Below, piece after piece: positions 24,155-37,400 of a DNA stretch of 64,000 nucleotides. A program made the position numbers and the translations under genes. The stretch is from NCBI GenBank assembly GCA_030141605.1, contig JAQGDQ010000008.1, forward strand, positions 620,001 through 684,000, written 5' to 3'. This DNA is from Tubiluchus corallicola. Its lineage: Eukaryota; Animalia; Priapulida. Numbering within the stretch: the stretch's first letter is position 1; each line of letters opens with the position of its first letter. The notes under the pieces were generated by a model. That model was not told where the DNA came from. It searched no databases and saw nothing but the letters and a program-made list of their open reading frames with translations.

Positions 24155-25457
24155 TATGCAAGGTTCAGTAATCTGTTAAGCTTCTTCTTCAAGCAAAAGC
24201 AGCTGCAGTTATCAAGGAAAAAATTCAAGGATAGGAAGAACAAGAAAAAAGTGAATTTATAAATGGCTGTTCTGGCAGCTGGGAATATTCATAGCAAAAA
24301 TATGAGAAACAGCAGTGAAACAGGTACTCCGAGCAAACTGTCGATGTTTAGGAACCAATGATGAGTGTTTCTGAAAGCATCTTCTATTTGAGTAGCATTA
24401 CTGCAGCAACAGAGCTTCAGTTAAAGGGATAGCAGACCCATATCAAATCCATCTAGACTGACACTACCATTATAGTATACAGTCTAGCAAGTTAAAAATA
24501 AGAAGCAAAGACCCCTGCTCTGGCGAGGTTGGTTAGACATAGGACTGTCACGTTTCATTTAGTGCATCTAAATGTTAACTGATTTTTGTTAACAATAAAT
24601 GGTTTCTCTTCAGCTTAGTTGAAAAATGGCATCACAATAGTAACAATAATAATGTTATGACTGCATTATAGTCATGCACTTGTAGGCAGTTGATGCTACC
24701 GTCTACAATTATTGCGTCAGTTCTCTTGCAAATTCCATTATTTAGAATGCTGGAAGAATTCGCTTAAAAAATCCAACCGCTTATTGTGGCCGCTATAGCT
24801 GGAACGGAAAAGAATAATGCTTTAATCTAGTAAAATTCACCATTATTAAATCCAAACTTTTCTTTATAAATCCACACTGCAGCAGCGAACACAGCAAACT
24901 GTGATGTAAGACCACACGATTATCCTGCATTTTAACTTGAGCTAGAGACTAAGTTCTAACCACCTCTGCATCAAGCAAAAGATTGGATCTCACCTTTAAG
25001 AGCAGATCTAATTAGGTTAAACTAACATTCTAATTATTATGTTGTGCGGGAGAATGTCAACGACTCGAATAAATGAATGCTGTATCATCACTGCTATTAA
25101 GTTACATATTCTGCATTTTTTTAACTTTGGAAATAGCTTATAGTTAAAGCATAATGGTATCATAGATAAAAAATGAATACTTGCAGGAGTTATTTTAATA
25201 ACACGAATGCTAATAAATGATTGTATTATACTTAAAAAACTTTTTGGAGGCAGTTTACAGAGTATTGGCTTCCTAAATAAACAATATGCACTGCAATAAC
25301 ATAGAAAACACCACTTAATAGTTCTCTTCGGTTTATATATCCAGCCGCTTAAATCCATTTCACTGTGCACCAAGGTGGATTTATTAAGCGAAGTATACAT
25401 GCATACATCTTTATTGTATATAAAGACACTTAGAAAGACAGATAAAGAAAACCTTAC

Positions 25458-25583
25458 CTCAACCGGATCGATATTTGCTAGATCCTTGAACAAATTGGCC
25501 TTATCATCTTCAGTAAGAAGACAAGAAAAGTCGAAAACTTGCTCTTGCCCAGCACTTGTAAATGCCTGCTCTACCTCACGCAT
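25458..25583 (-). CDS. UAP1: UAP1 coding exon 1 (UDP-N-acetylhexosamine pyrophosphorylase; spliced CDS 1536 nt, 511 aa)
   Basis: MREVEQAFTSAGQEQVFDF...LFKDLANIDPVE matches the UAP1 N-terminus (AGQEHL-type); donor GAG|GTAAGG; TTTTAG|C ATG upstream; the ten exons join into one open frame. Confidence 0.9.
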
Positions 25584-25619
25584 GCTAAAAGTTCGGTCAA
25601 TTTGAATCAATTTCAGTCA

Positions 25620-27855
25620 CATTGAAATCACAGGCATCTGGTTCAAACAGCAACATTGTAAACAGATAAAAAAATCAGTAACAATATTTTCTGTATTATT
25701 CCAGGACTTCGTTCTAAACAGATGACTTTGACAAGCGATTGCAACTTTCTGTATCTTATAGACAATTACGATAGACATTCCCTCTAAAAATTTAGCAGAT
25801 GTGAGTTTGCACCGCCATGCATTAGCTATTTTAGGGACATGTTATGGGCACATATATTATTTGTCAGTGTGGTGTTGTAGATAGTAAATGTTACACTTCA
25901 CCAATTAGATTGGCTGAGTATGCTCAAGGATGAGCTGCCCATTACAGCCCAATACTATATGAATATGTTCTAGTGGAGTGAATGTCTAACATGTCTAACT
26001 TAATGCTTCTAACATTTAAAAAGTTGTCTGCCACGTCATCCGTTCAGAACTAGGGATGCACCGAAATTCGGAAACAGATGGATTTTGGTTACCGAGCTGA
26101 AACTAATTTTCAGTTTGTTTCATTTTGTTGGTAGAAAAAAATTCGGTAAAGTTGTGTTTCCGTGATTCTTTTCTAAGAAATTAGGCCGAAATTATGCAAA
26201 GTTCAGTTTCGATTCAGTTTGTTTACATAAGTTCGGTCGCAACCAGTAAAAAATTTGTTTTTATAATTTGTCATTTTTGTCCGACGAATGCCGCCATTAA
26301 GCAATACAACTAAGCCTGGCAAAACCAAACGACAATTTCTCAACAAAACTGTTTGCACATGGTAGGCTGGAACTTGAATTAGCTTCGCAAAATTTTAACA
26401 CTAGGGATGATGCACCTGGATGCCGTTGAAGTCGTTCACTTGTCGATGTCTTGATTTGTACGATGTATGTACACATGGTTTTCTTGGTAGTTTAGCAGAA
26501 GAAATTATGGATTAATATAATGTCTGATGCAAAAATATTTGAAATTTGTGTAATTATGTCAGCTCTGCATATGCCTAACAAAGCACAGTAAAGCGCTTTT
26601 TAAACTTACCCCACCCCTCTCACGAAAATAGAAATGCCCGTCTGTAGTGCCAGACTGTACAGTATCAATAGGAAAAAATTGTCAGGGAACAGAACATTAA
26701 GAAATGGATGGGATTTTTAGGGTCCAAACACTTTATTGTGTGTGTGTGTGTGTTTTGAATTTGTAAAACTGTATTCACACATCAGAAAATGTGCTATAAC
26801 ACTTTAGGTTGCATTTTTACTATTTAATTAGCTATGTATTTTGCATTTGAGCATTTTTTGCAACACTATATTTTGTTTCGACTTATTTTGCTCAAACTTT
26901 ATGTATGCTTTTCTTAATTTGCAGATTAAATGATAATACTATAAAAAAGTAGTTAGGATATACATTTTAGAAAATCTAACTGGATGAGATAATGACAAAA
27001 CACAGTGAGAACCACAAAGGATTTATGTAGTGCAATTAAAGGGAGTAAAAAATGTAATTTTATTTCAAAGACATTTAGTTTCTTATTAAATTTTTGCGCT
27101 AGGTATGGATAAGGACAAGAATGGTACGCTTTTTACTTTAGAAATGTGATTCCCATCATCCGACCAATATCCACTTACTTATAATTATTGACAACATTCT
27201 GTGAATTTAGTGTAACTGTTAAGTGCAGGTAAATGATGCGTATCAAACGCAAGCACATGTGATTTTTTATTCATTAGTTTCCAACACAGCAGATTGAAGT
27301 TCAGTGTAAAATATTTTAGGCCCTGATACAACAGGTAAAATGTTGGTTATATGATTACTGATTGAACTACATTATTAAAGTGATTACTGTACTGTTGTCT
27401 GTTAATGAAAACAGATTAAGTACTGGTTATCAAGATGAAATATGTAAGCATATCAAGGTGATTACATAATACAAAAATTTTACCTCTTCAAGCATAAAAA
27501 TAAAGCCCATAAAACTTGCTGAGGCCTTTGTAACTATTTAACTATTTTTTTATTATTTAAATTTGTTAGAATAAGTTAATAATTTGGTTTGGCTCAATTC
27601 GGTTTCGGCAAAACAAAATTGTAGAAATCCAGTTTCAATTTGGTTTCAGCAAAATAAAATTGTAGAAATTCGGTTAAACTTGGTTAGGCCAAAAAAAGGA
27701 TGAAAAATTCGGTATCAGTTCGGTAAAATCTGGTTTCGTAGCAACCCTATTTAGAACATAATACAGGAATAACATCGAAAGTATTTTTATTGATTTTTAA
27801 TGTGTTTACAATGTTGCTGTTTGAACCAGATGCCTTTGAACTGTGGTTTCAATGT
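25620..27855. mobile_element. Foldback-type element with about 100-bp inverted arms, interrupted by a hAT insertion
   Basis: 25620-25720 is an inverted copy of about 27750-27855, including an exact GGCATCTGGTTCAAACAGCAACATTGTAAACA block. Confidence 0.8.
26051..27749. mobile_element. Non-autonomous hAT element (1.7 kb)
   Basis: Termini TAGGGATGCACCGAA and TTCGTAGCAACCCTA, subterminal TTCGG repeats, 8-bp TSD TTCAGAAC/TTTAGAAC (7/8). Confidence 0.82.
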
Positions 27856-28460
27856 TACAACAATTATAACGTTGTTGTAATAATTTTCTTACAGCCTTTG
27901 GTTCGTGCACAGCTGATATTACACTTCTAAAGCTCTATTAACACTTTCTATGGCCCCTGTTCAGCCTCTTAACAAAATGCCAATTCTATCAGACTTTCAG
28001 AGCAAAAACTTTCATCTACGAATTTTTGGATCGCACCGGCTCTTAGGCCCATCTGCAACCCATTTTAATGAGTCTAAATTGCTTGCTCTTTTATATTATT
28101 AGCCCAAAATAATATTGTTAATGGTAGAATTGATGTTTTAACACATGTAAAATTTAGTTATACTGCAGAAAGTTTTAATGCTACCGCTATTTTCGTGTGA
28201 ACTGACTGATCATTACACAGTGAATTAAGGCTGTACAGCCTATAAGTTTATCACAATTTTCTAGAATCAAAATTGTTTGAAATACACCGTATCGCTAAAA
28301 GAAAATCAGCACGTAAATGATATGAGAAGTTCAAAAAAAAATTCTCATAAATGCCAACCTGTTATCATTAAACTCGAAGTCTAACATGTTTAGTTTCTAC
28401 ATTTAATAACCTAGAGAAATTTAACAAAATTTAGCAAAAACAGTCAGTGAACAGCTAATA

Positions 28461-28700
28461 CATTACACAAGACCCAGACTGCACGTGGCAGCCGCGCCGC
28501 AGCACTGACATCAAAGTGTAAAAGCGGAAGTGACGAAACTTATTGTTACGTATTTCGTTTTTGCAGTTAGCGGTTACGCTGGCGGCATCAAACGGCGGAT
28601 GATTAAACAATTTTGAGCGGCGCATTGACTGTATTAATAATATTATTAAGTTCACCAATGATGTTGGCATGCGCGCAATTTCGATAAGCCAAAATCGCTT
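28461..28700 (-). promoter_or_regulatory. Candidate UAP1 promoter and first exon
   Basis: CpG-rich island, ETS/half-CRE motif GCGGAAGTGACG at 28524-28535, minus-strand donor TGT|GTAATG at 28466. Confidence 0.55.
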
Positions 28701-28952
28701 TTGCGTTTTTAATAAAAGAAGAATATCTCAATTAAAAGCAATTATTAGTTTTAAAAAACTGAAAACATTTCGTGAAAAGAAAAAAATTGTAGCAATAAGT
28801 TTGTATTATGTACTTGCAAATACTTCTTCAGTTTTCTTGTAAGTAAAATTTTATTGTTATCTCGAGGAAAGAGGCTAGTTGACTGCATGATGGGCTGCCT
28901 ACTAAGTAAAAAAGTAATGCATTTTTTATTGCTTTATTGATTTTTCTCTCCA

Positions 28953-29071
28953 GAAGGAGGAAGAGAGCGAGAAAGAGAGGGAGAGAAAGAGAGACAGTGA
29001 AGGGGAATGAGAGAGAGAAAGAGACAGAGAGAGGGAGGGAGGAAGAAGACACACACACAGAGAGAGAGAGA
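28953..29071. repeat. Polypurine (GA-rich) tract
   Basis: Nearly pure G/A run. Confidence 0.9.
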
Positions 29072-29469
29072 TCCTTCTTTTCCTTTTATTGAAGGTTCTG
29101 CCATTTGTTTCTTGGTTGTTTTACTCAAATGCGAGGTAGCAGATTTGGCACATTAAAAATTGCACCCATTTACGTGCCCTGCATTTAATCCATATAATTA
29201 CACATATATTATATTGTAGGTTTGTATATAAATAATTCGCACATGCACGCATGCACACAACAATGATTGCATAAGGTGCTTCAAATATAAATAATCAATA
29301 CAGTAGTAGAAATGAGTACTGAACTGCCAGCCTAGGGCGTTGTAACGTCTTGATACACCCATGCACACACACTCATATACATGTATGATGTATGCATTAT
29401 TACATACAAAGATTCTATGAAGCTGAGCCTATATATTTAACTATATAAAATGATTGCTTTTAGCATTTG

Positions 29470-29612
29470 TGACTTCTTCACATGATATATAAGGTGTTAT
29501 GACACGCCTACCGATTCTAAGTAAGTCTAACTGACTCTTAAAAAAGTAGACTAAATATAAGTGACGTCTACACATGATATATAAGATGTTATGACCCGCG
29601 TGCAAATTCTAA
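29470..29612. repeat. Short direct repeat (about 51 bp, 91-bp spacing)
   Basis: GTGAC.TCT.CACATGATATATAAG.TGTTATGAC.CGC...ATTCTAA at 29470 and 29561. Confidence 0.8.
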
Positions 29613-31929
29613 TTTATGCGCCAGGTTGGCTTCACGCCTGAATTCTGTAACTTGATTTTGACCTAGTTAGTTGGTTGTTATAGAGGTGGAAGTGATGTCG
29701 GCTGCTTAGGATGACGGCTCTGATGTTTCGTTTTGTTATTTTTTGTTCACTGATAATAAAAAATAGGAGTAATGTCGTAAATGCATCTCTGTTTGTTCAA
29801 TGTAACTAACTAACTTTTATAACTAACGCCAACTCGTAACAAAGGTCAATGTATGATTATGTGCTTTTTAAACATCTTTTAACTTGGAATTAACAAAACA
29901 TGCAGATGCTTAGATTAAGTTTTGTTCCGGAAAAATCATTTGCTCTTCTGAAAAAATCGTTTTTTTCTATTAAAGGTATTACACATGAAAGTCAGGCCTA
30001 ATATTTCTTCAAGTCATATTTCCTGATAAGAACATATTAAATAGGAATGTTTTTTAGAAAAAATATTTCTCCAGAAATAGAACACTACATGAGCCAGGTA
30101 TTTGCAAATTTTCTTTATGATAAACTTTCTTAACTTCTTTTGTAAATAAGCCTATTAATTTTCATGAGATATGAATATAATAGTTTTTATTTTAACTACT
30201 AATTATTCCTAATGCCTTATGCTTGCTTTAGATAATATTCAAAAATATAACAGCTGCTACAAATTGCCAAAGACACATGTAGGCCTTACAGTCTTTGCTT
30301 AGTGTACAAAATATTTAACTTGTAACAAAAGGTACAAAACTGTGTTATAATTAGCATTTTGTCATAATTACCTGGCTGCATCCTCGGGAACTTCAAAAAG
30401 ATATTTTTATTTGTGTTTTTGCAACTCACTGCTGAGTAATTTATGAGCACTTGTCGACCGGCCTGACTTTTGTGGTCTCATCAATTCATCTACAACAGTA
30501 CACACCAGTGTACGAACAGCTTGCGCTATAGCGTACCTGGCAACAACAGTCCGTACTGCGCTGCCGCTAGGACGACACTAACAGCGCGAACTGCTGCGCA
30601 AATTCTCTATTTCTGTGGCTCATAGTTTTTGCTGACATCAGAAATGAACATTTAATTCAAATAATTTTTTTGCTCAGTACTATATATCAAGATCCATGGC
30701 TCCACCGACAATAAAACAAATTTTACAAACGCATATAAAATTTTGAGGAAAAGACATTAATTGCAGTCTTAATATATTTAGAGTATTCGGGCATATGATG
30801 ATGATGATGATTTAGAGTATTAAATTAACAAGAGAAAACGCCACAATAAAAGTTATGACAGCATGTAATGCGAGACATACTTGTTCGTGAGGTACAATTT
30901 CCAGATGTGAAAATACATGTATAATGAATAAGTTTTAGCAAATGTAGAAAAAATTTATTATAATCATTAATTACTGAAGATGTACAGTAAATTTACATAT
31001 TAATGGAATATTAAACAGCAGTTCATTCTCCTAATTAGTTTCACATACAAATTAAAACATGTTTTGTATAGAAAGTAACTATAGAAAAAAGAAAAGTGCA
31101 GCAGAGAAGCACAAAGCTAGCTATCGAAAAATCAGTAAACTATAACACGTGGTGTAATATTTCCCGCAATAAGTATTGAACCTGTGTGACAACACACCAC
31201 CTACATAAAGCATGTGGCATACTGGGTACGTAGACTCGTTCCCCAGAAGTTTTTGCTCAGTACAGAATCATATATTGATTAATAGGATAATATGATAAAA
31301 AAAAAATTGCTCAACTCGTTAAGGCAATTAGGTATCAAATCATGTTGATCTTTGCACATACGCAGTAGTAACTAGTGAGTACAGCGTATGATTGGCTAAC
31401 AAAGTTAAGCAATGCAAAGCCTGACAACTCCATTTGTTGGGAGGCCGCTTAAGAATATCACTCTTGGAGTTTTTTTTACTGTGATTTGAAATTATTTCAT
31501 TTGTTTTTTGATGTTTAGAGAAAATGAGAATGTGACTGTGACATCTTCATTTCACTCAGAGGATTATATCTTTGGTTTATTATGTTGATAACAAATTAGG
31601 ATCTGGTATAAAACAAGCTGTAAAAAATCTTGCAAAGGAGCATAATTTATTAGACAAATGTTGATCCCAAGTCATTCAAAAATCTGTATCCCAGCCTTGG
31701 TGTTTTCATTTTTTATAATTATTATTTATCGAACTTTATTTCAAATCATATGAAAATCAATTGAATTTGAAATGATTATAACGATACAATGCATATTACT
31801 TTGAAAAAGTACTTTTATCCTAAAAATATGAAATGTAACAACGAAGTTTAAAAAACTTCCAAAACAAAATTAAAAACAAGGTTGGCCCATTCTGATAGTC
31901 ATTAATCAAAGTGCTGTAATAAGATGACT

Positions 31930-32258
31930 AAAGGAGAGCTGAAAGAGAAAGAGGTGGGTAAAGGATCTCAAGAACCAGAAGAGAAAGCGAGAGGGAGAGA
32001 GAATTAGAGCTAAAGGGAAGGATGAGAAAGAATGAGAGGGAGAGAAAGGGAGGGAGAGAGAAGAAAGAGAGAGAAAGGGGAGAGACGGGAATGGAGGGAG
32101 ACAGAGAACAAGTGGGGAGAGAGAGAAAGGAACTGAGAAAAAATAGAGAGAAAGAGAAGGAAAGAATTAAAGACCTAGTGAAGCGAGAGAATAGGAGAGG
32201 AAGAGGATAAGAGGGTAGGAAGCAAAAAGTGAGAAGCAAAGAGAGAAAGAGAAAATGA
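31930..32258. repeat. Polypurine (GA-rich) low-complexity tract
   Basis: About 330 bp of mostly G/A; source of the spurious R/E/K-rich and S/L/F-rich ORFs. Confidence 0.92.
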
Positions 32259-32875
32259 CAGATTAACTAAAAAAAGTAACCCTGAGTTTTCTGTTAAAAA
32301 ATCTTTCTGGGAAATGTTTGTTCTGTGAAACGAGTTTTCTAGGAAAACTATTTTCTGAGAAAAAAAATTCTCGCAAGACTTTTTCTGGGAAATTATTTTT
32401 TCTTGAAAATGGTTTTTCCGTAAAATGGGCCTAAACCAAGGCGTGTATACATCGATACACTCGTTATGACCCCACCAATTGAATAATTCATGGCTTCTCA
32501 ATTTTCTTTATGCCTGAAAACTAAAATTAACCTTATCTGTTGCCTGGGACACTTAGTATAATCTTACAAAATGTATCAATTTCTGAGCAATTTTGTGTTG
32601 TTATTTGAAATGTGTTGCATTTGTGTTTTAATAATGTTTTGTATTATTTTCTATGCATTATTGTATGAATTAATATTCCCTTGATAATACAGGGCATTGC
32701 AAAATTTGTATCCAAAAATCCAAAATTTATATAGACACATGACACTAGCATATAGTACAACACAACACAATAAAAGCAGATTACAAAGTTTCGTAGATTT
32801 GCCAATTAGTTTGTTTTTCGTTCATTTTTATGATGTACATTGCTAGCTTAAAACACTTTAGTTCACTGGTTATTA

Positions 32876-33162
32876 TGGTGCACACAGACTAGCAAGTATT
32901 CTCTCTGACAGCAACCTCACAAGTGAGAACCGTTTCGCAAGTTACTGCTGTCGGCAAGAAAGTTGCAAACTCTCCAACCGTTGCTGTGAACTGATGTACT
33001 GTTTAGTGTGAACACCTCAGCGAGTTATTCTCAACAGTGATTAGAGAAATGAGCATCAGATCATGCTTACTGTCGGAAAGTAACTAGCAGCAAATTTTCC
33101 TCTGAATCACTAGTACTCGCGTGTTACTTGGCAAGAAAACTTGTTAGTCTGAATGTGCAGTT
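32876..33162. mobile_element. Small MITE-like element
   Basis: TGCACACAGACTAGCAAGTATTCT and AGAAAACTTGTTAGTCTGAATGTGCA form imperfect inverted termini. Confidence 0.55.
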
Positions 33163-33691
33163 AGACTGATACACCTTTCTGGAAACTCAAGTATGACAAT
33201 TATTCTTACACTCTAAAAATGCTAACAATTTCTACATAATTTGCCTCAAGTCACATGCTCGAGCCTCTCATCATAAGTTTTATCAGCTGTTTCAAATACA
33301 GCAATTTTAAAGTTACCCACTACTTTACAATACCATAGATAAAAAAGTGATAGCACATTTTTTTATGAAACGAGAACAAAATAGAATTTTTCTGAATTAG
33401 AAAATTTCAGCACACTTGCATCTTACTGAACTACATAATTATTTATAAAAACAATTATATAATTCGAACTTAGACTATGAATATTACATGAAGCTATGAT
33501 GAACAATAAAAGACTACATTATGACAATTGATACCTTGCTCTTTACGCATACATATGAAAAGCATTCGTAGATGTCTTTAGTCCAGTCCATAAAGGTAAT
33601 TACTTTTAGTCTCCATTTCTTACTTTTTAATTGCAGAGCATTCATTGCCACAGTTTACAAACAGTTTCTGGTATGGATTGCCATCTCAGTT

Positions 33692-33890
33692 TTATGAAGA
33701 ATCTGAAGACTCGACAAACTGCACTGTCTTTTGTGCCAGCGGAGACATTTCGATGAGAGTCATGTTTGTCATGCTGCTCTGTCGCAGGTAAGAAAATGTG
33801 GACACACTGTCAGATAAACTGGACTCTAATTCCAAAGTGGCTTCACCATTGTTTAGCCCTTCATCAGTACTGCTGTCACAATATAATGTA
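33692..33890 (-). CDS. CIT: Citron kinase terminal coding exon (Ser-rich tail)
   Basis: Acceptor TTTCTTTCAG at 33891; a phase-2 join to the large exon gives an open frame TLYCDSSTDEGLNNGEATLELESSLSDSVSTFSYLRQSSM...ESSDSS-stop. Confidence 0.7.
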
Positions 33891-34434
33891 CTGAAAGAAA
33901 ATTAAACCGTTGTTATCAAACAAAAGAAATCATTAATGTAGAACATAATTATGTTAACAGTACACATCTTTTTGTACTTTTAATCATAACTAAATCATAG
34001 GTTGTGATGGTATTTTCACCCCACCACCTGATGACCTAGGATTTCCTTAGACTAATTGTGTCTCAAGTATTACCATAAGACTTAGCAGAAAAACAGATTT
34101 GCATATCCCTAGTGGTCAATGAGATGAGCATACTTGTCTGTTTTTGCTTTCAGTGTATTATTTGTAGTATGCTAAGCCTTTTGCAGCTACAAGATTTATG
34201 ATATTTTGTCAAATTTAAAGCAATAACGGCAATTATATGGACGTCAGAATTTGTGCACCTCGACTTTTATCTGACTTTACTTCTTGTAACTAGGCAATCT
34301 ATTGAATAATTAACTAGCAGAAGTAGTAGACACATTCTGCTTCCCCACTTGTCACCTGCTTCAGTACAATAAATGTCCTAGCCAAATACTAGTAATCATC
34401 AAAAAGCACAATACTATCTATTATAATAGATTAC

Positions 34435-37400
34435 CTTTGACTTCCTTTTCGTTTAACTGGAGAAATTTCAGATTGTCCAAAAGCTCCATGTACAGCTAGA
34501 TTTCCACGAAGTCGAAGCACGCTGACGTTTTTTGTCTGAACTGAAGCAATATAAATTTTACCATTGCTCAGCGAAAGACCAAGGTACCGTGGATTAGATA
34601 TCGGAAGAATGGTTCGACGGACAGATCCTTGGTGTTTTTGAATATCTCGAACTTCTATACAGTTGAAGTGAGCGACAAAGAGGTATGGTTCACTGAATGC
34701 AAAAGCTAGTGGAAGTTTGGTCCATTTTATGTCTTCTTTCCTAGATCTGCTTCCATATGGGTCCACAAAAACTCCAAACTCATGAAAACACAATAGATAT
34801 TCCTCCTCCTGGCTAGATGGTGCAACCTGGATAATTGCAACAGGAAAACAGTTACGCTGGACAGTTCCGTATATCACATATGCCAATGAAGTATCTGATG
34901 AATCTAGAAAATCTTCGATAGTGTACAGCTTTAAATCAATCTCCATAAATTTGTCTGCGCCAAGTAAAAGACTGTGTTCGGTAAACAGAAGGCAACTGCA
35001 AGGCTCACGAGTGCAAAACTCCTTTACAACTTCAAACATCAAAGAAGAAGTGTTCCACTTCAATAGCCTTACTTTGTCAGAAAGTGAAGCACAAGCGTAT
35101 CCAGCACCAGCTGCATAATGACAAGCCACCAGATGGCACTGTGAAATGCTTTCTACCCACCTTGGTTCAATTTTAGCATTAAATTTATCAAGCTGCATGA
35201 AAAGAGACTTCATAGTCACACTGCACAGTTGACGTTGTTTGCCTGCCAAAAATGCAATAATGCCAAGTTTATCAATTAAAAAGGCTTGCTGCATACATTC
35301 AATTCCACCAATTTTTTTAAGTAAGACCTTAGTATCAAGATCAATAGCAAAAAGGCCCTCAACAGCACCTAGCAACAGTACCTTTTCATTTAACTGAAGA
35401 GCACAGTTTACATCTAGATGCTCGTTTCCACCTAAATTCACAATTAGGCTGTTTAACAGCTTTGCATTCTTCTCAGTAGCTTCAATGTTATTTGAAACTA
35501 AAAGATTTTCAAGCGTATCGGCCCAAGTCTGTTTTTCCTCAAAAGTTGAGGCCATCAAGAATAAGTTCCATCCAGGCCAACAAGTGGTGTCTGGAATGTA
35601 CTCTAACTTGAATACAAAAGGAATATCAGATGAAGCTACATTGCACAAATCTCCACTTGACACTGCGCAATGAAATGTTGCAATGCCATCTGTAGGAAAC
35701 AGATTAAATGTGCTACGTGGGGTATCTGACACGTTTTTCTTGTCAAATATTTTAAGTAAACCATCGTCAATCATGCAGTATTTCTTGCTCCACGTGTTCT
35801 TTACTCCACCAAGAACTTTTAACCAACCTTCCAATATATTCTCTGTGCTAATATGAGTTGCCTCAGTATTTTGATCTTTATACTTTAATGCTTTGTTATC
35901 AGGTGTACTATGATATGATGGCAAACCACAAGTACTAGGCACACTTGAAGTGCATTTAGGGTGACAGACAGTGTTACACTCACAGCATCTTGCTGAGGCT
36001 CTGCCAATGTGTATTGTGTCCAAGCAAATTGCACACTTGACTGCTCTAATATTTACAATGTTTAAGAATCGGTGGGGAATGTTACGATTCACATATCTCC
36101 CCTCAACTTGAGATTGTCTAGTATCTGCACACTTCAATAGATTTTCGCAATGCTTATTTGGCAAGTTATCAATTTTAGACAAAACAGTGTTTGGTTGAAC
36201 AGCATGGCCAACCATATGTTGAGAAGCATCCTTTGTAATAGCTTGTTCCAACTCCCTTTGTAATTTTTTGTTGGTTTCCTTTTCACGTTCTAGCATTGCT
36301 TGCAAATCCCTAATCATCAGTGGCATTCGGGTGGCTGTAATTCGGTCTTTCTTTTGTTTTGTAAAGAACCCTTTCTTCTTTTTCCCTTGATTTTCCACTG
36401 TACACTGAAGAAAATCAATTAACTTTTTTTGCTGATCAGATGTTTCCTCCAACTTGATTTTTTCAATGTGATGGTGTTCCCTTACAGCATGAAGTTCATT
36501 TTCTTGTTCTTTCAATTCCTGAGATAAAAATGAATTTTTCTCAATGATTTCCTCCAATGACTGTTGCAGCTTGAATGCAGATGCCTTCTGTGTGTTCATT
36601 TCGGTGATCGTACATGTTAGTTCATTTTTCAGCACTATAATTTCCTCTTCAGTTGTGCTGAGCCTTTTCTGTGCATATTTTAAATCAGTTTCCAAGCAAG
36701 CATTGACTTGCTGCAACTCTGTCAACTCATGTTCGTATGCGGTTAATTGAAACTTGTACTTGTCCAAAAGATCATCTTTTGCCTTACACTCTGCACTGCG
36801 AAAGGTTACTTGTTCTTCCATTTGCTTTTTGAAAATTTTCAGTTTTGCATCACATGCTTCCTTGGCAGCTTGCTCTTTGGATACCTTCAGCTCCACCTCT
36901 GCTATTTCATGTTCCAACGAAGATATCTTCATCTTCAATGATTCGTTCACTTGTTCAATGGCTGAAGTTTTTTCCTCATCTTCATTGTGCTGTGTTTCCA
37001 TTTCCTCAAGCTGAGACTGCATCATCGAACAGGCAGACTTGAGCATCTTTATATGAGAATCCTGACTTTGAGAAATGTGCTTTCGTTCAGCAAGTTCCGA
37101 CTTGATGGTCTCAATTTCTGCACAAAGTTTGCTGTTTTCTTCTGTTTTTTGATAGAACTTCTGTTGTACACTCTGTAAATTGTGTTCTATTTCTTCTAAT
37201 TTCAAAGTTACAGTTTTTAACTTGTGCTTTAAATCTTTCACAGTTTCTTCAGAATACTCAGACCTTTCTGCATTTGACTGCAACTTTGCACTCAGATCCT
37301 CAATAATTGAAACATAATGTTCAGCCTCTCTTTGTGCTTCTAGCATTTGTTTTTTATTCCAGTCATGCCTTTCAATCACAACAATCTCATTTTGTTTCAA

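Noticed and set aside
24230-24560. Possible minus-strand LINE remnant
   Set aside because: Only vague similarity, too degenerate to support.
25017-25457. 197-aa ORF as a standalone gene
   Set aside because: Only 25583-25458 matches UAP1; the rest is read-through past a consensus donor into the intron.
31928-32239. R/E/K-rich and S/L/F-rich ORFs (also 28828-29128)
   Set aside because: Products of GA-rich low-complexity DNA.
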